64,000 nt of DNA from Minutocellus sp. GHC0000111 (GCA_977018835.1 OZ361259.1:4278001-4342000), one strand, 5' to 3'; shown: positions 35,141 to 47,642, counted from the first letter of the stretch. Translations and numbers: made by a program. The notes: a model not told the origin generated them from the letters alone.

Positions 35141-37516
35141 TCATGCTAGCTTTACGATACAAAAAGCTCTATGAGCTTCGAAATCAAATGAGACTTTTCC
35201 TTCCGCAGCTTCTCCAGATTGAACCTGACGAAGTAATTTGTGTAGGAAAAGAGAATTGCCAATGCAAACTTTGGCAAGACTTTTCAGCTCGGCTCTCCGA
35301 ATCGGCAGATAACAGTTGTCGCCGTCGGCTTCGTCTCCAATATCTGATAGCAACTTATCGACTACTGTCTTGCTAGCTTTGAAACAATCCATCGCCGATG
35401 CAATGAGCGTTTGCTGGCTGACATCTGCATGCGAATATCCTTGTTCAAAGTCATCATACGTCAATGTTGGCGGAGTCGAAATCCCTGCAAAAGCCTCATA
35501 ACGTTTAGAGAAACGTTTTCGCTGAGATGTGAACTCATAGCTTGGTGTTTTCACCAGACCAGCCTGATCCAATGCCGCAATAAATTGCACAATGCCCCGA
35601 CATAATGTCCGCTTCAGATTATTCAGCATCAGCTCAACGCCGTCTTCCATGTCCTCCTTGCTCTCCCTAAGGGCGTCCATTTTAGCAGACGTTTGGGCGC
35701 GCTTACTATTTGCACCGCCCTTCTTCCCCTTCTTCTTGGAGCGGCCATTGCCCGCGACCTTCGATTCTGACGCGGCCCGAGTCGCCTCCTCTTCAAGTGC
35801 GGCCACTCTTGCCGCCAGTACCTTTTGTTGGACTTTCGCCTTGCGCATAAACGTAGACGCACTCAATTGTGCAGAGAGCACAAAGGCTCGGTACCAGAAG
35901 GCTATCGCCAGATCATGGTGACTCCAAAGAAGTCCGAGCTCCACTTGAAGGCTGAGATAATGAGCCATGATTGCGGTTGTGAGTGAGGCTGTATAATTTG
36001 CTAGATAGGCTGACATTTGATCCATTTCGCCGATATCTAACTCTTGGTGAAAGAAATAGTCAAGCGACACTGCCTCCTGCTGAAGAAGAGGCCACTCCTT
36101 TATGACCAATACATCCATGTACACATGCTGACGATTTCGATTCAGAGCCAATAGCTTGAGTGTGTCGTAGATAGGCTTTCCCAAACGCATCACGAACGCT
36201 TGGCATTGCTGGGTCTCCGTTATCGCTGTTGGGATCCCACCAAGTTGGCGCATGTGCTCAATGACAAGCAACTTGATGTCATATTGGCCCAGGATCAGAT
36301 CATCAAAGTACAAGCTGAGAACAATGAGGGATCGATTCAAAATGTTGACCGTAGACTTCGATACATGCTCAAGCATCCGCTTGATCCGGCCGAGGGTCGA
36401 CCCTTTCAGGAGCAGGTCGCAAACAGCCCAATCCATCTCCGCGATAATATCTATCAAACCCGAAAGAGCAACTACCGGTGTCTTGAACTTCACCTTGCGG
36501 ACTGGCGTGTTGCCCATTAGACTCCTACAAAGGTAGGGATCAAATGCGGAATCGATAATTCGTTTGGAATGGCTGCTACCAGCACCGCCATCTGATGCGC
36601 TGTCCTTAGCTGCCGCTTGCATCGTTGTGAGCAACTCTTTCCCTCGCTTCAGACATTTCACCAACAGACCAGATTTGACGTCCTCAACTATCGACCTCAC
36701 ACTTTCCGATTTAAGTGTCGACATCGTCGCACAGATGTCGAAAAGAGTAAGCTGGAATTGAAGCAGCAGGATCAAGGCCTTGGCATCATCCTTGTCGGGG
36801 GCATTGCTCGGGACTTTCCTGAGCGCATCGATTGCCGAATTGATCACATTGGCCATGGCGATTAGGTTCACCCGAGGAGCGAACAAGAATCCCTGAGTGT
36901 TGAGAGTAAAATCCTCTTCCTCGTATATATCTGCACTCATCGCAATGGTCCGGATGGAATCATTGAGCTTGACCAAAACAAGTGCCGATGCGTACACTGC
37001 ATGCTTTGCTGCATGGACTGAGGATGAAATAGCATCGGCATCTGCATTACCAGTAGCAGCTTCCACCAATTCCGTGGCCATGTCCGCCAGCACATCATCG
37101 TGCGCGTAGAGGTAGGAATATGTCGACTCGGCGGCTCCTGCTCCGTCGAGGACGGCATACAGGCGTGTAAGGGCCTCGAGTGCAATGATCCGTGCATCCG
37201 ACAGAGTGAGGTCGTCCCAAAGGAGGGTGGAGGAGACCAGCGGGTGACGGAGGCCAGTTGGCAGCCTCCGGGGAGGGACAGTCTTTCGGAAACTCTGACT
37301 TCCGTCGTTATTGGTGCCAGCGACGGTCAATTCACAGCAGTCCATCTTGGCATCGGTCACCTCAAGTGCCGACATGGACTCTTGGAGGCTGAAGGTGGCG
37401 GCATCGCGAAGGATGGGGTCGTCGTGGGTGAGGGATGAGGCCGCCCTCTCGACGAGTGATGTAATGTCAAGCAACAACGGCGCTTCGGCGCTTGCCCGGT
37501 GGTCGGAGGACGACAT
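35141..37516 (-). CDS. NAA35: NatC auxiliary subunit NAA35/MAK10
   Basis: FSLQESMSALEVTDAKMD, ADIYEEEDF, NRNRQ and RFSKRYEAF motifs in a 791-aa ORF. Confidence 0.85.
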   Translation of the reverse strand: MSSSDHRASAEAPLLLDITSLVERAASSLTHDDPILRDAATFSLQESMSALEVTDAKMDCCELTVAGTNNDGSQSFRKTVPPRRLPTGLRHPLVSSTLLWDDLTLSDARIIALEALTRLYAVLDGAGAAESTYSYLYAHDDVLADMATELVEAATGNADADAISSSVHAAKHAVYASALVLVKLNDSIRTIAMSADIYEEEDFTLNTQGFLFAPRVNLIAMANVINSAIDALRKVPSNAPDKDDAKALILLLQFQLTLFDICATMSTLKSESVRSIVEDVKSGLLVKCLKRGKELLTTMQAAAKDSASDGGAGSSHSKRIIDSAFDPYLCRSLMGNTPVRKVKFKTPVVALSGLIDIIAEMDWAVCDLLLKGSTLGRIKRMLEHVSKSTVNILNRSLIVLSLYFDDLILGQYDIKLLVIEHMRQLGGIPTAITETQQCQAFVMRLGKPIYDTLKLLALNRNRQHVYMDVLVIKEWPLLQQEAVSLDYFFHQELDIGEMDQMSAYLANYTASLTTAIMAHYLSLQVELGLLWSHHDLAIAFWYRAFVLSAQLSASTFMRKAKVQQKVLAARVAALEEEATRAASESKVAGNGRSKKKGKKGGANSKRAQTSAKMDALRESKEDMEDGVELMLNNLKRTLCRGIVQFIAALDQAGLVKTPSYEFTSQRKRFSKRYEAFAGISTPPTLTYDDFEQGYSHADVSQQTLIASAMDCFKASKTVVDKLLSDIGDEADGDNCYLPIRRAELKSLAKVCIGNSLFLHKLLRQVQSGEAAEGKVSFDFEAHRAFCIVKLA

Positions 37517-37789
37517 ACCGGGAGTATCTGCCGATGCGAATCGTTTCTATCGGAGAGTTGTGGCGGGTCGGTCGGGTGGTCGCCTGTGTGGTTGGCGTGT
37601 GGTTAGGGTTGTCCGGTGCGGTGGCGATTGCGCGCGGCAGCTGTGTGTACCTAGGTAATACGTAGGCCTACCGTATTTTCAATACGTAGCGTGAAAGGTC
37701 TTTTCGATCCCACCAATTTCTGCTGTTTGGAGATGCATTAGTTCATATCTTGTTGCGATATTCGTTCAAATACATTGCAGGCAAGAAAG

Positions 37790-38877
37790 ATGGATGACAG
37801 TCAGCCAATCAACGCTCTCGAGAAGTACGATGAAGATTCTTCGTCGTCGCCATCCGCCTCAGAGCCAATTCCGCGTCTGGCAAGCTCTCCAGATGCCGAA
37901 GATAATGAGACACGAAAAGATCAAAATACAGACAACGACGAAGACAACAATGGCCCTTTGCCTTCTCCTACGTCAGACACTAAACCTCCAAAGGTGTGCG
38001 ATCATCGTTCATACAATCAGACATTTGCAAGTTCTGGTTACCTATTCGAGGAGATCGAGAGGGCGTATTCTCTCTCGGACCTTGATCCCCTGCGTCCCCC
38101 CTCGAAAAAATGAGGGATTGGTGGTTACGATTCCTCGGTGGTAAAGTCCACTTCTGGATAGGAGTTGTTGTGATGATTTTCATCATTGCTGATGGTGCAT
38201 TCTTTTTCTTTCTTTTGGTTGGTGCACATGGATTGTGTCGGCCACGAACAGATTGTGACCCTAGAAACTGGTGGTACAATTTCAGCATACAGTTTCTGAA
38301 TGTTTTGTTCACATATCTGGCAACGATCACCTTGCCCTGGAGGATCTCGAATGCAGTGCACTTATTTGGTAAAAGGAGGTCATCGAAACCTGGCCTTGAC
38401 CTGTATGGTCAGCCAACAGAAGAAATATGGTATCACTGCCGGCGAGCCAAACGCAAGGTTGTTGTAGTGCTCCTTCTGCTCAACAGTGGCACGAAGTGGG
38501 CTAATCAGGCAAGTAGGATTGTATTCTACAGTTACGAGCTGCAAGATAGCTTCCCTGGATCGCTTTGGACGAATATTTTCTTCGTATCATCGATGCTCTG
38601 CGCTGGTATTGCCGGCTTTGCCCAGCTACACGAAGAAATGAAGGTTCGACGAGAGCACCAGGATAGATTTCCACCTGGCCTTGTTGACATCGTAAAACAC
38701 TATCTGAAGGTTGTTTGCTGTCAAAAGAAGCAGTGCAATAGTGAGGAATGCGAGGGAGATGTTGAAGATCAGCGACCGCTTCCTGAGAGAGAAGAGAGTG
38801 AACGGAAGCGTTGTTTGCATGGCCTTCGGAAATTGCTGGTGAATGATAAGACCAGTTTGGATCTTTGGGGATTGTAA
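37790..38877 (+). CDS. DUF2985-like membrane protein with a frameshift in the A-run near 38105
   Basis: WWYNFSIQFLNVLFTY...LPWR motif and transmembrane segments. Two ORFs overlap at CGAAAAAATGAGG. Confidence 0.55.
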
Positions 38878-39151
38878 TGTTGGGGTCTACTAGCTAGACC
38901 TACCACATAACTGTAGTTAGATTCCATTTGTCGCCTATATAGGCCGTGGAATATTCCCACCTTCAATCTTCACGGACCAGTGCGTCGATCTTCTCGCTCG
39001 CACCGTAGATTGTACGAGTTTTTGTCGAACGAGTCCAAAATCATCAGACAGAAGAGGCGGCCGAAGATCCATCCAACCAAAATCCTGACCACCAATTTTG
39101 AATACTAGTACCCCCAAATTGCCGCCACGTACCTCTGTCTCCTTGCGAACA

Positions 39152-40801
39152 ATGAAGGTTCCTGCTGATGAGACCAGCCCGTTGTTGGTCACAAACATCC
39201 AAAATAATGAGAATGCTTCAAACAGCAGAAATTCCGGTGAGCGTGTGCCTTTGCTTCCTGTTGTGGTGGCTCTCGTCGCTGCTTTAGGTTTCGTGGGCTA
39301 CTACCAAAGATTCACTGCTTTAGGTTTCGTGGGCTACTACCAAAGATTCACTCCTCGGCGAGTCCAGTTGCAGCAAACAGAAAGAATCATCGAGACAATA
39401 TCACTGGGTGACGCCGATACAATGTTTCCAGACAACTTTATATGGGGATCGGCAACGTCAGCATATCAGATAGAAGGTTCAACTCACAAAGATGGAAGAG
39501 GTACATCTATTTGGGACACGTGGTGCGATGATCCAAACAATTGTGCAGGGGACACAGCTGATGTTGCCTGCGACCATTACCACAAAATAAAGGAGGATGT
39601 AAGTTTGATGAAAGATATCGGGCTCCAGGCATATCGGTTCTCTATATCTTGGCCAAGAATATTTCCTATGGGCAACGATCGTCAGCCAAATCGCAAAGGA
39701 ATCCGGTTCTACAACATGCTGATTGACGAGCTGGTGGCAAATGGCATCACCCCTTGGGTTACACTTTATCACTGGGACCTTCCACAAAACTTGGAGGATC
39801 AATACGGTGGATGGCTTGGTCCGCAGATTATAGATGATTTTTCTCGGTATGCCAGCACTTGTTTTGAAGTATTTGGTGATCGAGTCAAGCATTGGATCAC
39901 AATAAATGAAGCATGGACTGTAGCAGTGCACGGGTATGATCAAGGAGTAAAAGCGCCAGGACATGTGAGTTCGACAGAGCCATATTTAGTTGCTCATAAT
40001 TTACTCCTGGCGCATGCAAAAGCTGTTAAGAGATATAGGGATGAATATGCAGAAGTCCAGGGCGGAATAATTGGGATAAGCAATTCGGGAGATTATCGCT
40101 ATCCACTAGATGCTGACAGTGCTGCCGACACTGCAGCCGCAAATCGTGCAATCGAGTGGCAGCTTGCATGGTTCACTGATCCTATTTTTGCCGATTGAGA
40201 TTATCCTCAATCAATGAAAGCAATTCTGGGCAGGCGCCTTCCGACATTTACAGAACAAGAACGCAGGGAAGTAGTGGGATCCGCCGATTTCTTCGGTTTG
40301 AATCATTACTCGTCGGCTCTGTCATCTGAACCCACGACCAAGGCAACATTTTCAGGAGAATACTGGGTAGATCAGCAAGTCGATTACAGCTCCGATCGCA
40401 TTTGGAAGAAAAACTGTATGGGATGGAATATAGTCCCTGATGGTGGCAGAAAACTTCTCCTTTGGATCAAAGACCGCTACGATAATCCTCCAATATACAT
40501 TACTGAAAACGGAAGCTGTGAAGATGAGCCAACTCTTGCATCATCTCAGAATGATACTGGCCGCCGTGACTATCTTGAAGGGTACATTCGAGCCTTTGGA
40601 AAAGCGATACAAGAAGGGGTAAGTCTTCGAGGATATTTTGCTTGGAGCCTGATGGATAATTTTGAGTGGAGTTTTGGGCTGAAGAAGCGATTCGGTATCG
40701 TTCGAGTTGACTTTGATACCTTGGAACGCCACCTCAAGCTGTCTGCCCGGTGGTACAATGACACTATTCGATCCAATGGGCGTAACATTGGTGCCTATTA
40801 G
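39152..40801 (+). pseudogene. Glycoside hydrolase family 1 beta-glucosidase with an in-frame TGA at 40196-40198
   Basis: FIWGSATSAYQIEG, YRFSISWPR, TINE, ITENG and WSLMDNFEW motifs. PIFAD*DYP stands where GDYP is expected. Confidence 0.88.
39280..39351 (+). repeat. 36-bp perfect tandem duplication (ALGFVGYYQRFT x2)
   Basis: TGCTTTAGGTTTCGTGGGCTACTACCAAAGATTCAC occurs twice in tandem. Confidence 0.9.
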
Positions 40802-40853
40802 CTAGTTTCAAAGATAAAGTTTCCAAGAAGTACCTAGCTAGGTAATATTATGT

Positions 40854-42314
40854 TTAGGCAGATACTGCCATTCGCGGCCGGTGTAAGGGGCCAGCTACCC
40901 TCGCCCTCTTTGGCCGGTGGTGACTTGTGCTCTCGTCATTATCAAGAACTTTGGTGATATTGATATGCTGACGCTTGGCATGATGATGTCCGTGGCAAAG
41001 ATTTTTCCTTGGTGGCCGATTCGGTGGTGGTGGCATCATTTTGCGATCCAAATCTTCGTTGGTCTCAAAGGTTGGGGTAATGTTGGACACACCCTCTGGT
41101 CCCTGTTGAGGATAGTGCTCATTATCGGTGCTCTCTTCGTCATCCTCCGAGGCAGATGAAGAACTGTCGTCAACGCTGATAGATCGCGTGGGAGCAGGCG
41201 TCCGCGTGGGGTGGTGATGGCCGACGACGATCGCTGTGCGGGAGTATGCCATCTTTACAATCTCCTGCACAACTTCACGGACCTTGGCACTTAGGACAGC
41301 TCGTAGATCACTCGATTCAATATTGATGGCCACTGTCTCTATGCGAGATGTGAAGCGCGAGAAGATGGCGGTGATGCTACCTGGAACACTCAGGCGGAGA
41401 GTCGTCTTATCAGTTGAATCGAGGAGAGAAAGGTCCAGCACCGCTTCAAAGACAATGGGTTGGGTGACGGTAGTCTTCTTGCTGGACTGCGATGGTGGTT
41501 GTGCCTTGTTGTTGGAAGCGGTCGATGACGAGGCTTCGTCCGTTGACTCCTTTGGTGGGCACGTTACCAAGTTTGTCACCGATGCCAGGATGGCGTACGG
41601 CTTCTCCTCGACTTTGTCCTCTTCGTCGCTACTGCTGTCGCTGGAGCTGCCGCTGAGATCTTCTAGAATGTTGGGAAAGAGGCTACGAATGGCGTTGGCG
41701 TGGGCCAGGGCGGTGGCTTCGTCCATGCGCCCCCCCGATTCGGCGTTCCCTGCCTCTCGGGAGGCCATCAGCGATCGCTGGAGGAGGGCCAGTGCGGTCC
41801 TTCTCAACTCGGCGTCAAGAAGCGATTGAAATGCGGAGAGGAAGTTGGTGTGGGCCGTCGGCGATGCCTGGGAGATGTCGAGCTTGTTGAAACGCATGTT
41901 CCGGACGAGATTGTCGAAGGGATGACTATTGTTGTAGTTTTGGTGACGCACATGTTCGTTGAGAGGGAACGTCGAGTTGTCGCTAGAGTCACCGGTGGTA
42001 GACGATGGTGTCAAGAATGAGAATTTGTTCTTTCGCTCGGTAAAGTCAAGGCAGGGCAACGAGAAGGTTGCAACCTTGCATCCTGAGCCGGAGGACTCGA
42101 GGAAGCACGACAACTGCTTGGCACCGGGACAGATGACTTCATGGTGGTCGTTCCTTGGGCTGCTGCCGGAGGACGATGTTCGGATTCGCTTCGTGCCGGC
42201 TTTACGACCAGACGACGACTGCTGGGCGACGCCGTCGACACTGCTGCACGAGGCGAGGCGCGAGACGAAGGCGTGCAGGACCTGGGTTGAGTCGAGCTGC
42301 TGCTTGGGACCCAT
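40854..42314 (-). CDS. Hypothetical protein
   Basis: Long ORF with Ser-rich linkers and a structured core (IVFEAVLDL...VPGSITAIF). Confidence 0.65.
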   Translation of the reverse strand: MGPKQQLDSTQVLHAFVSRLASCSSVDGVAQQSSSGRKAGTKRIRTSSSGSSPRNDHHEVICPGAKQLSCFLESSGSGCKVATFSLPCLDFTERKNKFSFLTPSSTTGDSSDNSTFPLNEHVRHQNYNNSHPFDNLVRNMRFNKLDISQASPTAHTNFLSAFQSLLDAELRRTALALLQRSLMASREAGNAESGGRMDEATALAHANAIRSLFPNILEDLSGSSSDSSSDEEDKVEEKPYAILASVTNLVTCPPKESTDEASSSTASNNKAQPPSQSSKKTTVTQPIVFEAVLDLSLLDSTDKTTLRLSVPGSITAIFSRFTSRIETVAINIESSDLRAVLSAKVREVVQEIVKMAYSRTAIVVGHHHPTRTPAPTRSISVDDSSSSASEDDEESTDNEHYPQQGPEGVSNITPTFETNEDLDRKMMPPPPNRPPRKNLCHGHHHAKRQHINITKVLDNDESTSHHRPKRARVAGPLHRPRMAVSA

Positions 42315-43032
42315 GGTTGAAGGTTGAATTGAGACGAGTGGTGGATGGTATTGCGAGCATGTATCCCTTGCTTCAACGAGACAGCGAATTGGGCATTCTT
42401 TTCTGTCTGGTCGTGATGGCGATTGCAAGCGCCGCCGAAATGCGGTGTCAATATTGCCGCGGTAAAGAACATGTGACACTCAAAGAGGCCTTTTTAGCCT
42501 TTTCAGAAATCTGCGACCTTCGGTGACATTTTGTGCTCGTTGATGTGACTGGAATCCGAATCATTACAACGAAAAGAGCCTTAGTGAGGCCTGGTTTCAG
42601 TTTTTTCCCGAGGCGGGGTTTCTGAAAAGTAAAGAAAAAAAGAGAGGGAAAGTTTTGCGAAAGAGCGGAGGAGGGTGATGGCTTGATTTTCATCTTGCTC
42701 TCATTCACCAACTCGCCTCGACATGCTCTGCGCGCACCCATTTTTGTGAGTTGATACTATCCCCCTCGGAGTTAGCGCGCAAATGGTTGAAAGATAGCAT
42801 CAGATTGGGCTATCGAGTTGTTGGATAGGTGTGCGCAAGTGCTTTCTCTTCTGGACCAAGCTTTCATATCACCTCTCACCAAGTGACCGTCCCACGCTGG
42901 AATCGGGCATAATAATTGCTTCCAACATAAATTATTGCAGCAAGCGAATCACCGGCAATTGAGCGTGCGCGAATCTGCAGACCAATATTCTAATACCAGC
43001 CAGACAGCCCCTCATCTCAAAATATTCCCAGA

Positions 43033-43839
43033 ATGAGCACACGGTTGAGACGGAGGGGTATCCTCCGGCAAGACGATGCCGCCAATGGCGATAACGGGCC
43101 AGATGATGATGAACAATATTCCGGTGACCATGCACAAAGCTGGGAGACCAGCCAAAATCAGGCACTGGCCCAGCAGGAGGCACAAGAAGAGGAGGAGGCC
43201 AGATTGTGCGTTGAGGCGTATATCAATGATCTGGAGGAGGAGCTGGCAGAACTTCGGGTCAAGGTGGATGGGAGGGAGATGGCCATGCAAACTCTGGAAA
43301 CCACAGTTTCGATGCAAAGCAATACCATACAAGAGCTGCAAGAGGAGCTGGAAGATGCTCGAAAGACTGCACTTGCGGCGGCCGAGAAGGCGGCGGCGGC
43401 AACAGAGGTGGCGGCGACGGCCGAGGCAGCGACGGAGGCGGCACTGGCCGCGAGCAATAATTCTCTCCCCAATGCAAACGAAGAAGCGCAGGAGGAGCAA
43501 ATCAAGATGCTCCGTATGGAGATGGAGGACATGTACAACCAGCATCAAGAATCGGAAGAACGATTACAGTCCACCATAGATCGGTTGGAAGGGGAAACAG
43601 AGAGGACGAAATCGGAACGTGAACGTTTGAAATCGGACAAGTCGGACCTCAAATCGGACAATGAACGGCTAAAGAAGAAGGTCCACGAAAAGAAGAAGCT
43701 GGTGGTCAGCCTAACGAAAAAGCTCACCGAATGCCAGATGTACATCAAGGAGCTAACGGATGAGCTGGAACGGTTGTACAAGGAGTGCGGTACCCCAGAC
43801 ACGGCCAAATCCAGCCACCAATCGAATGGTACACGATAA
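43033..43839 (+). CDS. Coiled-coil hypothetical protein
   Basis: 268-aa Glu/Lys/Leu-rich ORF with a heptad pattern. Confidence 0.7.
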   Translation: MSTRLRRRGILRQDDAANGDNGPDDDEQYSGDHAQSWETSQNQALAQQEAQEEEEARLCVEAYINDLEEELAELRVKVDGREMAMQTLETTVSMQSNTIQELQEELEDARKTALAAAEKAAAATEVAATAEAATEAALAASNNSLPNANEEAQEEQIKMLRMEMEDMYNQHQESEERLQSTIDRLEGETERTKSERERLKSDKSDLKSDNERLKKKVHEKKKLVVSLTKKLTECQMYIKELTDELERLYKECGTPDTAKSSHQSNGTR

Positions 43840-44269
43840 ATATGCTTATTGTAATCGAACTTCCCTTTGGCATCGTCGTCGGGTCGATTGGCTTGGATTT
43901 TCAGTTGTTCATCTTTCATTTTTGGCTCTTTCTTCATTCGACCGGGATTGCGAATGTGAAGGAGACGGACAAAGATATAGCGATACTATTTCGATATCTG
44001 CGGTAATTAACTTAGTCTACTGATTACTAGTAGATCTTTAAAGACTCTACACGTACCGGTACCGATGGTAGTCTACCGGTAACATCATGGAGTGGGGTGA
44101 TCTCTCCGGTGGGGTGATCTCTCCGTGGGGTGATGGCGTGAGATGGCAGTGATAGCATGCCCAATATCCGGGTTATCTTGTGGTGTTCGGCGAGGCTCGG
44201 TGAGCTTTTCCCACCAGCGTCGTGCGCATGCGTCATTTACCGTGCTCGCTTGCTCCATTGCTCCATGCC

Positions 44270-45583
44270 ATGATGAAGATCTACGTGCCGGTCCTTGCCA
44301 CCGCCGTCTTGGCGGCGGCCTCTTCAGTGTCTGCGTTTCATGTACACCGCCAGTCGCCTCGACCCTCCTTTTCCAAGCTCTCGGTATACGTCAACGTCGC
44401 AGAAGATGCACCGAGATCTGTGCAGCCGTTCGACGAATGGGCGACGGCATGCGGTGTGCAGCGATGCGGGGGTTTCCAGCTAACAAGTGAAGACGAATAC
44501 GGACAAAATATTGGCGTGATGACTACCGAAGACTTGCCGGCGGGAAGTCCTGTCTTGTTCGTTCCCGGCAATATGATACTCAGTAGCTATCAGGCGGCCG
44601 CAGAAGTCGGGCGGATCGATGCTGCCGAGAAGCGACTTGTATCAGCGAAGGCGGCCGACCACGTCCCTCAGTTCTATTTATTTCTCAAGATTCTATACGA
44701 ATACGAACAAGGCGATGCAAGTCCATACTACCCATGGTTTGACTCTTTGCCGAGGTACTTCAGCTCTGGTTCGTCGATGACTCCCTTCTGTTTCGAATGC
44801 CTGCCGCCTCTTGCAGGTTATTTGGCAATGAACGAGCGAGTCAGATACATTCAATTCTTCCAGGCATTGCTATATGTTGAATTTCTCAGTGAGGAAACAA
44901 AAAAGAACAAAGATCTGACGAGATGGGCATTTGCTCTCATTTATACTCGCGGCCTCACTGCCCCGGATGGCGATGTTCGGATTGTACCTATGGCCGACTA
45001 CTTTAATCATGGCACAGAGACAGAGGTTGAAATCAGCTTCACAGATGAGGGGGACTGTGTTGCCTACGCCTCGAGAGACGTTCCCGCGGGCTCGCCCTTG
45101 CGCATTTCCTATGGAGACCCGACAAACCCCTCTGCGCTCTTTGCCAAGTACGGGTTTCTGGATGAGTCGTCGTCGGCCACATTCTGCAAAATCATGATCA
45201 AACGTCCCTCGAAGGAATTGGTAGATATGGGCTACGACCATTCCAAGATGGTCTTTTATAAAGACACGGGCGAGGTGAGTCAAGAAGTCTGGGATGTTCT
45301 ATTGTATCAGATTCTGCAAGAGATCAATCCGACTGATATGCAAAGGCTATACGAGGCACAAGTGCGGGGTGATATAGCAAGCAAGCAGGCCATCCACCAA
45401 CAATATTATCCCCAAACTGCAGCTGCATTGGTCAAGCACGTCAATGGATTTTTAAACGATCTGAACACTCTCAAGAGCAAGAGTGTTGGCAAGGACCCAG
45501 CTCAGCACCCGAGGCTGCCTCTCATAATGGCCCATAATGAGTTCGTCAGGGAGACCTTCGAAAGAGTCAGTGCAAACTTATAA
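44270..45583 (+). CDS. Plastid-targeted SET-domain (Rubisco LSMT-like) methyltransferase
   Basis: VSA-FHV presequence; IVPMADYFNHG and LRISYG...LFAKYGF motifs. Confidence 0.85.
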   Translation: MMKIYVPVLATAVLAAASSVSAFHVHRQSPRPSFSKLSVYVNVAEDAPRSVQPFDEWATACGVQRCGGFQLTSEDEYGQNIGVMTTEDLPAGSPVLFVPGNMILSSYQAAAEVGRIDAAEKRLVSAKAADHVPQFYLFLKILYEYEQGDASPYYPWFDSLPRYFSSGSSMTPFCFECLPPLAGYLAMNERVRYIQFFQALLYVEFLSEETKKNKDLTRWAFALIYTRGLTAPDGDVRIVPMADYFNHGTETEVEISFTDEGDCVAYASRDVPAGSPLRISYGDPTNPSALFAKYGFLDESSSATFCKIMIKRPSKELVDMGYDHSKMVFYKDTGEVSQEVWDVLLYQILQEINPTDMQRLYEAQVRGDIASKQAIHQQYYPQTAAALVKHVNGFLNDLNTLKSKSVGKDPAQHPRLPLIMAHNEFVRETFERVSANL

Positions 45584-45708
45584 CAGAGCGTCTTCCTACA
45601 CGTAATATACAAACTTAGTAGAGTATATACATTGCAGCGATCTATCTACTTGTATGCATAGCTAGCCTCTATTCGATTTTTGCACAATATGTACGATAGC
45701 ACAGTGTT

Positions 45709-47093
45709 CTAGTGTTGCTCTTCCTCGTTCTGAGCGGTCTGCTCACCAGACTCGATATCACTTCCGCTGGTGTTGGAGGAATCAATGTTGTCCTCGTTCT
45801 GCTGAGTTTCCTCGAGCTTGTCGGCGGGAGCCTCCTCACCATCTCCAATATCCTTGCCGGTAGCAAGCTCCTCCTCGGCGAGGGCCTGGGCCTCGAAGAT
45901 CTTCTTGGAGGAGTACCACTTCCAGAAGTGAAGGATGATCGTGAGGGTGAACCAAGACCAGAAGCAGGCAATCTGAAGCTGGGTGCGCTTGGACGAGTAA
46001 CCAAAGGGCTTGAGAAGGGCCATGGGCAATCTCTTGTGCGACCAGAAGGAGTCGGAGGAACCACCGTCAATCTTCCAAACGTAAGGAGTCTCGCCCAAGG
46101 CCTCCTCGAACTCGTGGCAACCACCGGTGAAAAGACCAACGGAAAGCATACCAAGGACAGCAGCCATGAAGAAGGCAAGCCACTTCTTGTTGTCGAGCTT
46201 ACGGTTGCCCCAGTACAGGGCAAGGCCGATGGCAAGGCCCAAGATGATACCAATGACGGCGGAAAGGGGGATAGCGATGGCACCCTCGCCAAGGAAGAAG
46301 GGGATGAGGAAGACACCGCACTCGGCGACCTCACGCCAGATGTTCCAGGCAACGTTGAAGCCGATGGACTTGAGAGAAAGGCCAACAACGACGCCGTCGG
46401 CGCCCATCTTCTTGCTGGCGTAGACGCCGAGCCACTTGGGGATCTTGAGCGAGAGCTGGAGGATGCAGATGGCGGCAACGATCTTGCTCACGCCCTCGAT
46501 GATGTCGGCGGTCTTCTCGTCGAGGTCCTGAGAGAGGACGGCGAGGGGGACGGCGACGGCGATGACGACCAGGATGGCCACGAGGGTGGCCAAGAGGGCG
46601 GCGTTGGTGATGCACTTGAGGCCGGACTTGAGCTTCTCCTCATCGTTGTTCCATTCGGGAGACTTTTGGAGGATGGTGCTGTGGAGGTGGTATGAGTGGG
46701 GGGGGTGATCAATAACGAGAGGTGAGTGATTGATTGACTCAGGTGAGTGATTGATTGACTGACGCACTTGCTACAATTGCAAATAGACATTGGCATTTCA
46801 GTTGCTGATAGTTGAATATTGGAGCACGTCTTGTGCTGCAATCAGTTGGAGCCCAGCAAATACATGGCGTTGTTGGCTGACAACTTGCCACTACGTAGTA
46901 GAGCTGAACTACGTAGCTAGACTTCGTTGTCACCACTCAATCAACTGATCGGTTGCGATTGTTGTTCTCTACAAATTGATCGATCGATCGAATTCGAGAC
47001 TCACCGGTACTGGCCAATGATGATGGCACCCTCGAGGAATTCTCGGGCGAAGATGGTGCAGATGGCAACGTCGAAGATCCTGTTACCGCTCAT
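45709..47093 (-). CDS. FTR1: High-affinity iron permease, FTR1 family (exons 47093-47005, 46678-45709)
   Basis: Two RExxE motifs (REFLE, REVAE), about 7 hydrophobic segments, an in-phase GTGAGT...ACAG intron and strong codon bias. Confidence 0.9.
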
Positions 47094-47642
47094 GGTTGCA
47101 ACGATTTTGGTGGTGACACGTTCGTTGAAGTTGGGTCGACGAAAAGTGGATTGAGGTTGGTGAGGGCGTGTCGACCTTTTTGTCCAGAAGATTTTGTGGC
47201 TGTAAAAGTGCCACACAACCGCCACGCGTATGGATGGGGAATACTAGAGCTTTTGGTTTCATTGATTATACAAGAACTCTGTACATGATACCAGATACAA
47301 GTGTTATGACAAAAATTTGTTTTTAGGAAACAGTTCTTGGTAATCAAACCTCATCAAAACACCCTATATCTCCTTTGTTCGATTTTTTTAGCCCGAAAAA
47401 GGTTTGTACGTACGAGTTCGTGGCGTACTACTACGTACGTAGTAGGAAATCAACGCATTCGGTCTCGCTCGCAACCATGCTCATCATCATTTCTCGGACC
47501 TCGGACCGACCACGAGCTAGTTCATGCAGTAGCGATTGATGTGCCGTTGGAATTGGCCCTGACCTCTACTAGCCCTTGGATAGCACATTGCATAGCATAT
47601 ATAAAGAGTCGCAACACTGAAACAAATACAATCAACCGCAAC

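Noticed and set aside
40196..40198. Selenocysteine, readthrough or an alternative genetic code explaining the in-frame stops
   Set aside because: The stops are of different types (TGA and TAA) at expected Gly/Glu positions, and TGA, TAA and TAG all terminate other genes normally.
45712..46695. Long antisense ORFs (e.g. 45712-46695, 1251-1988, 14423-15022)
   Set aside because: They are shadows of codon-biased genes on the opposite strand.
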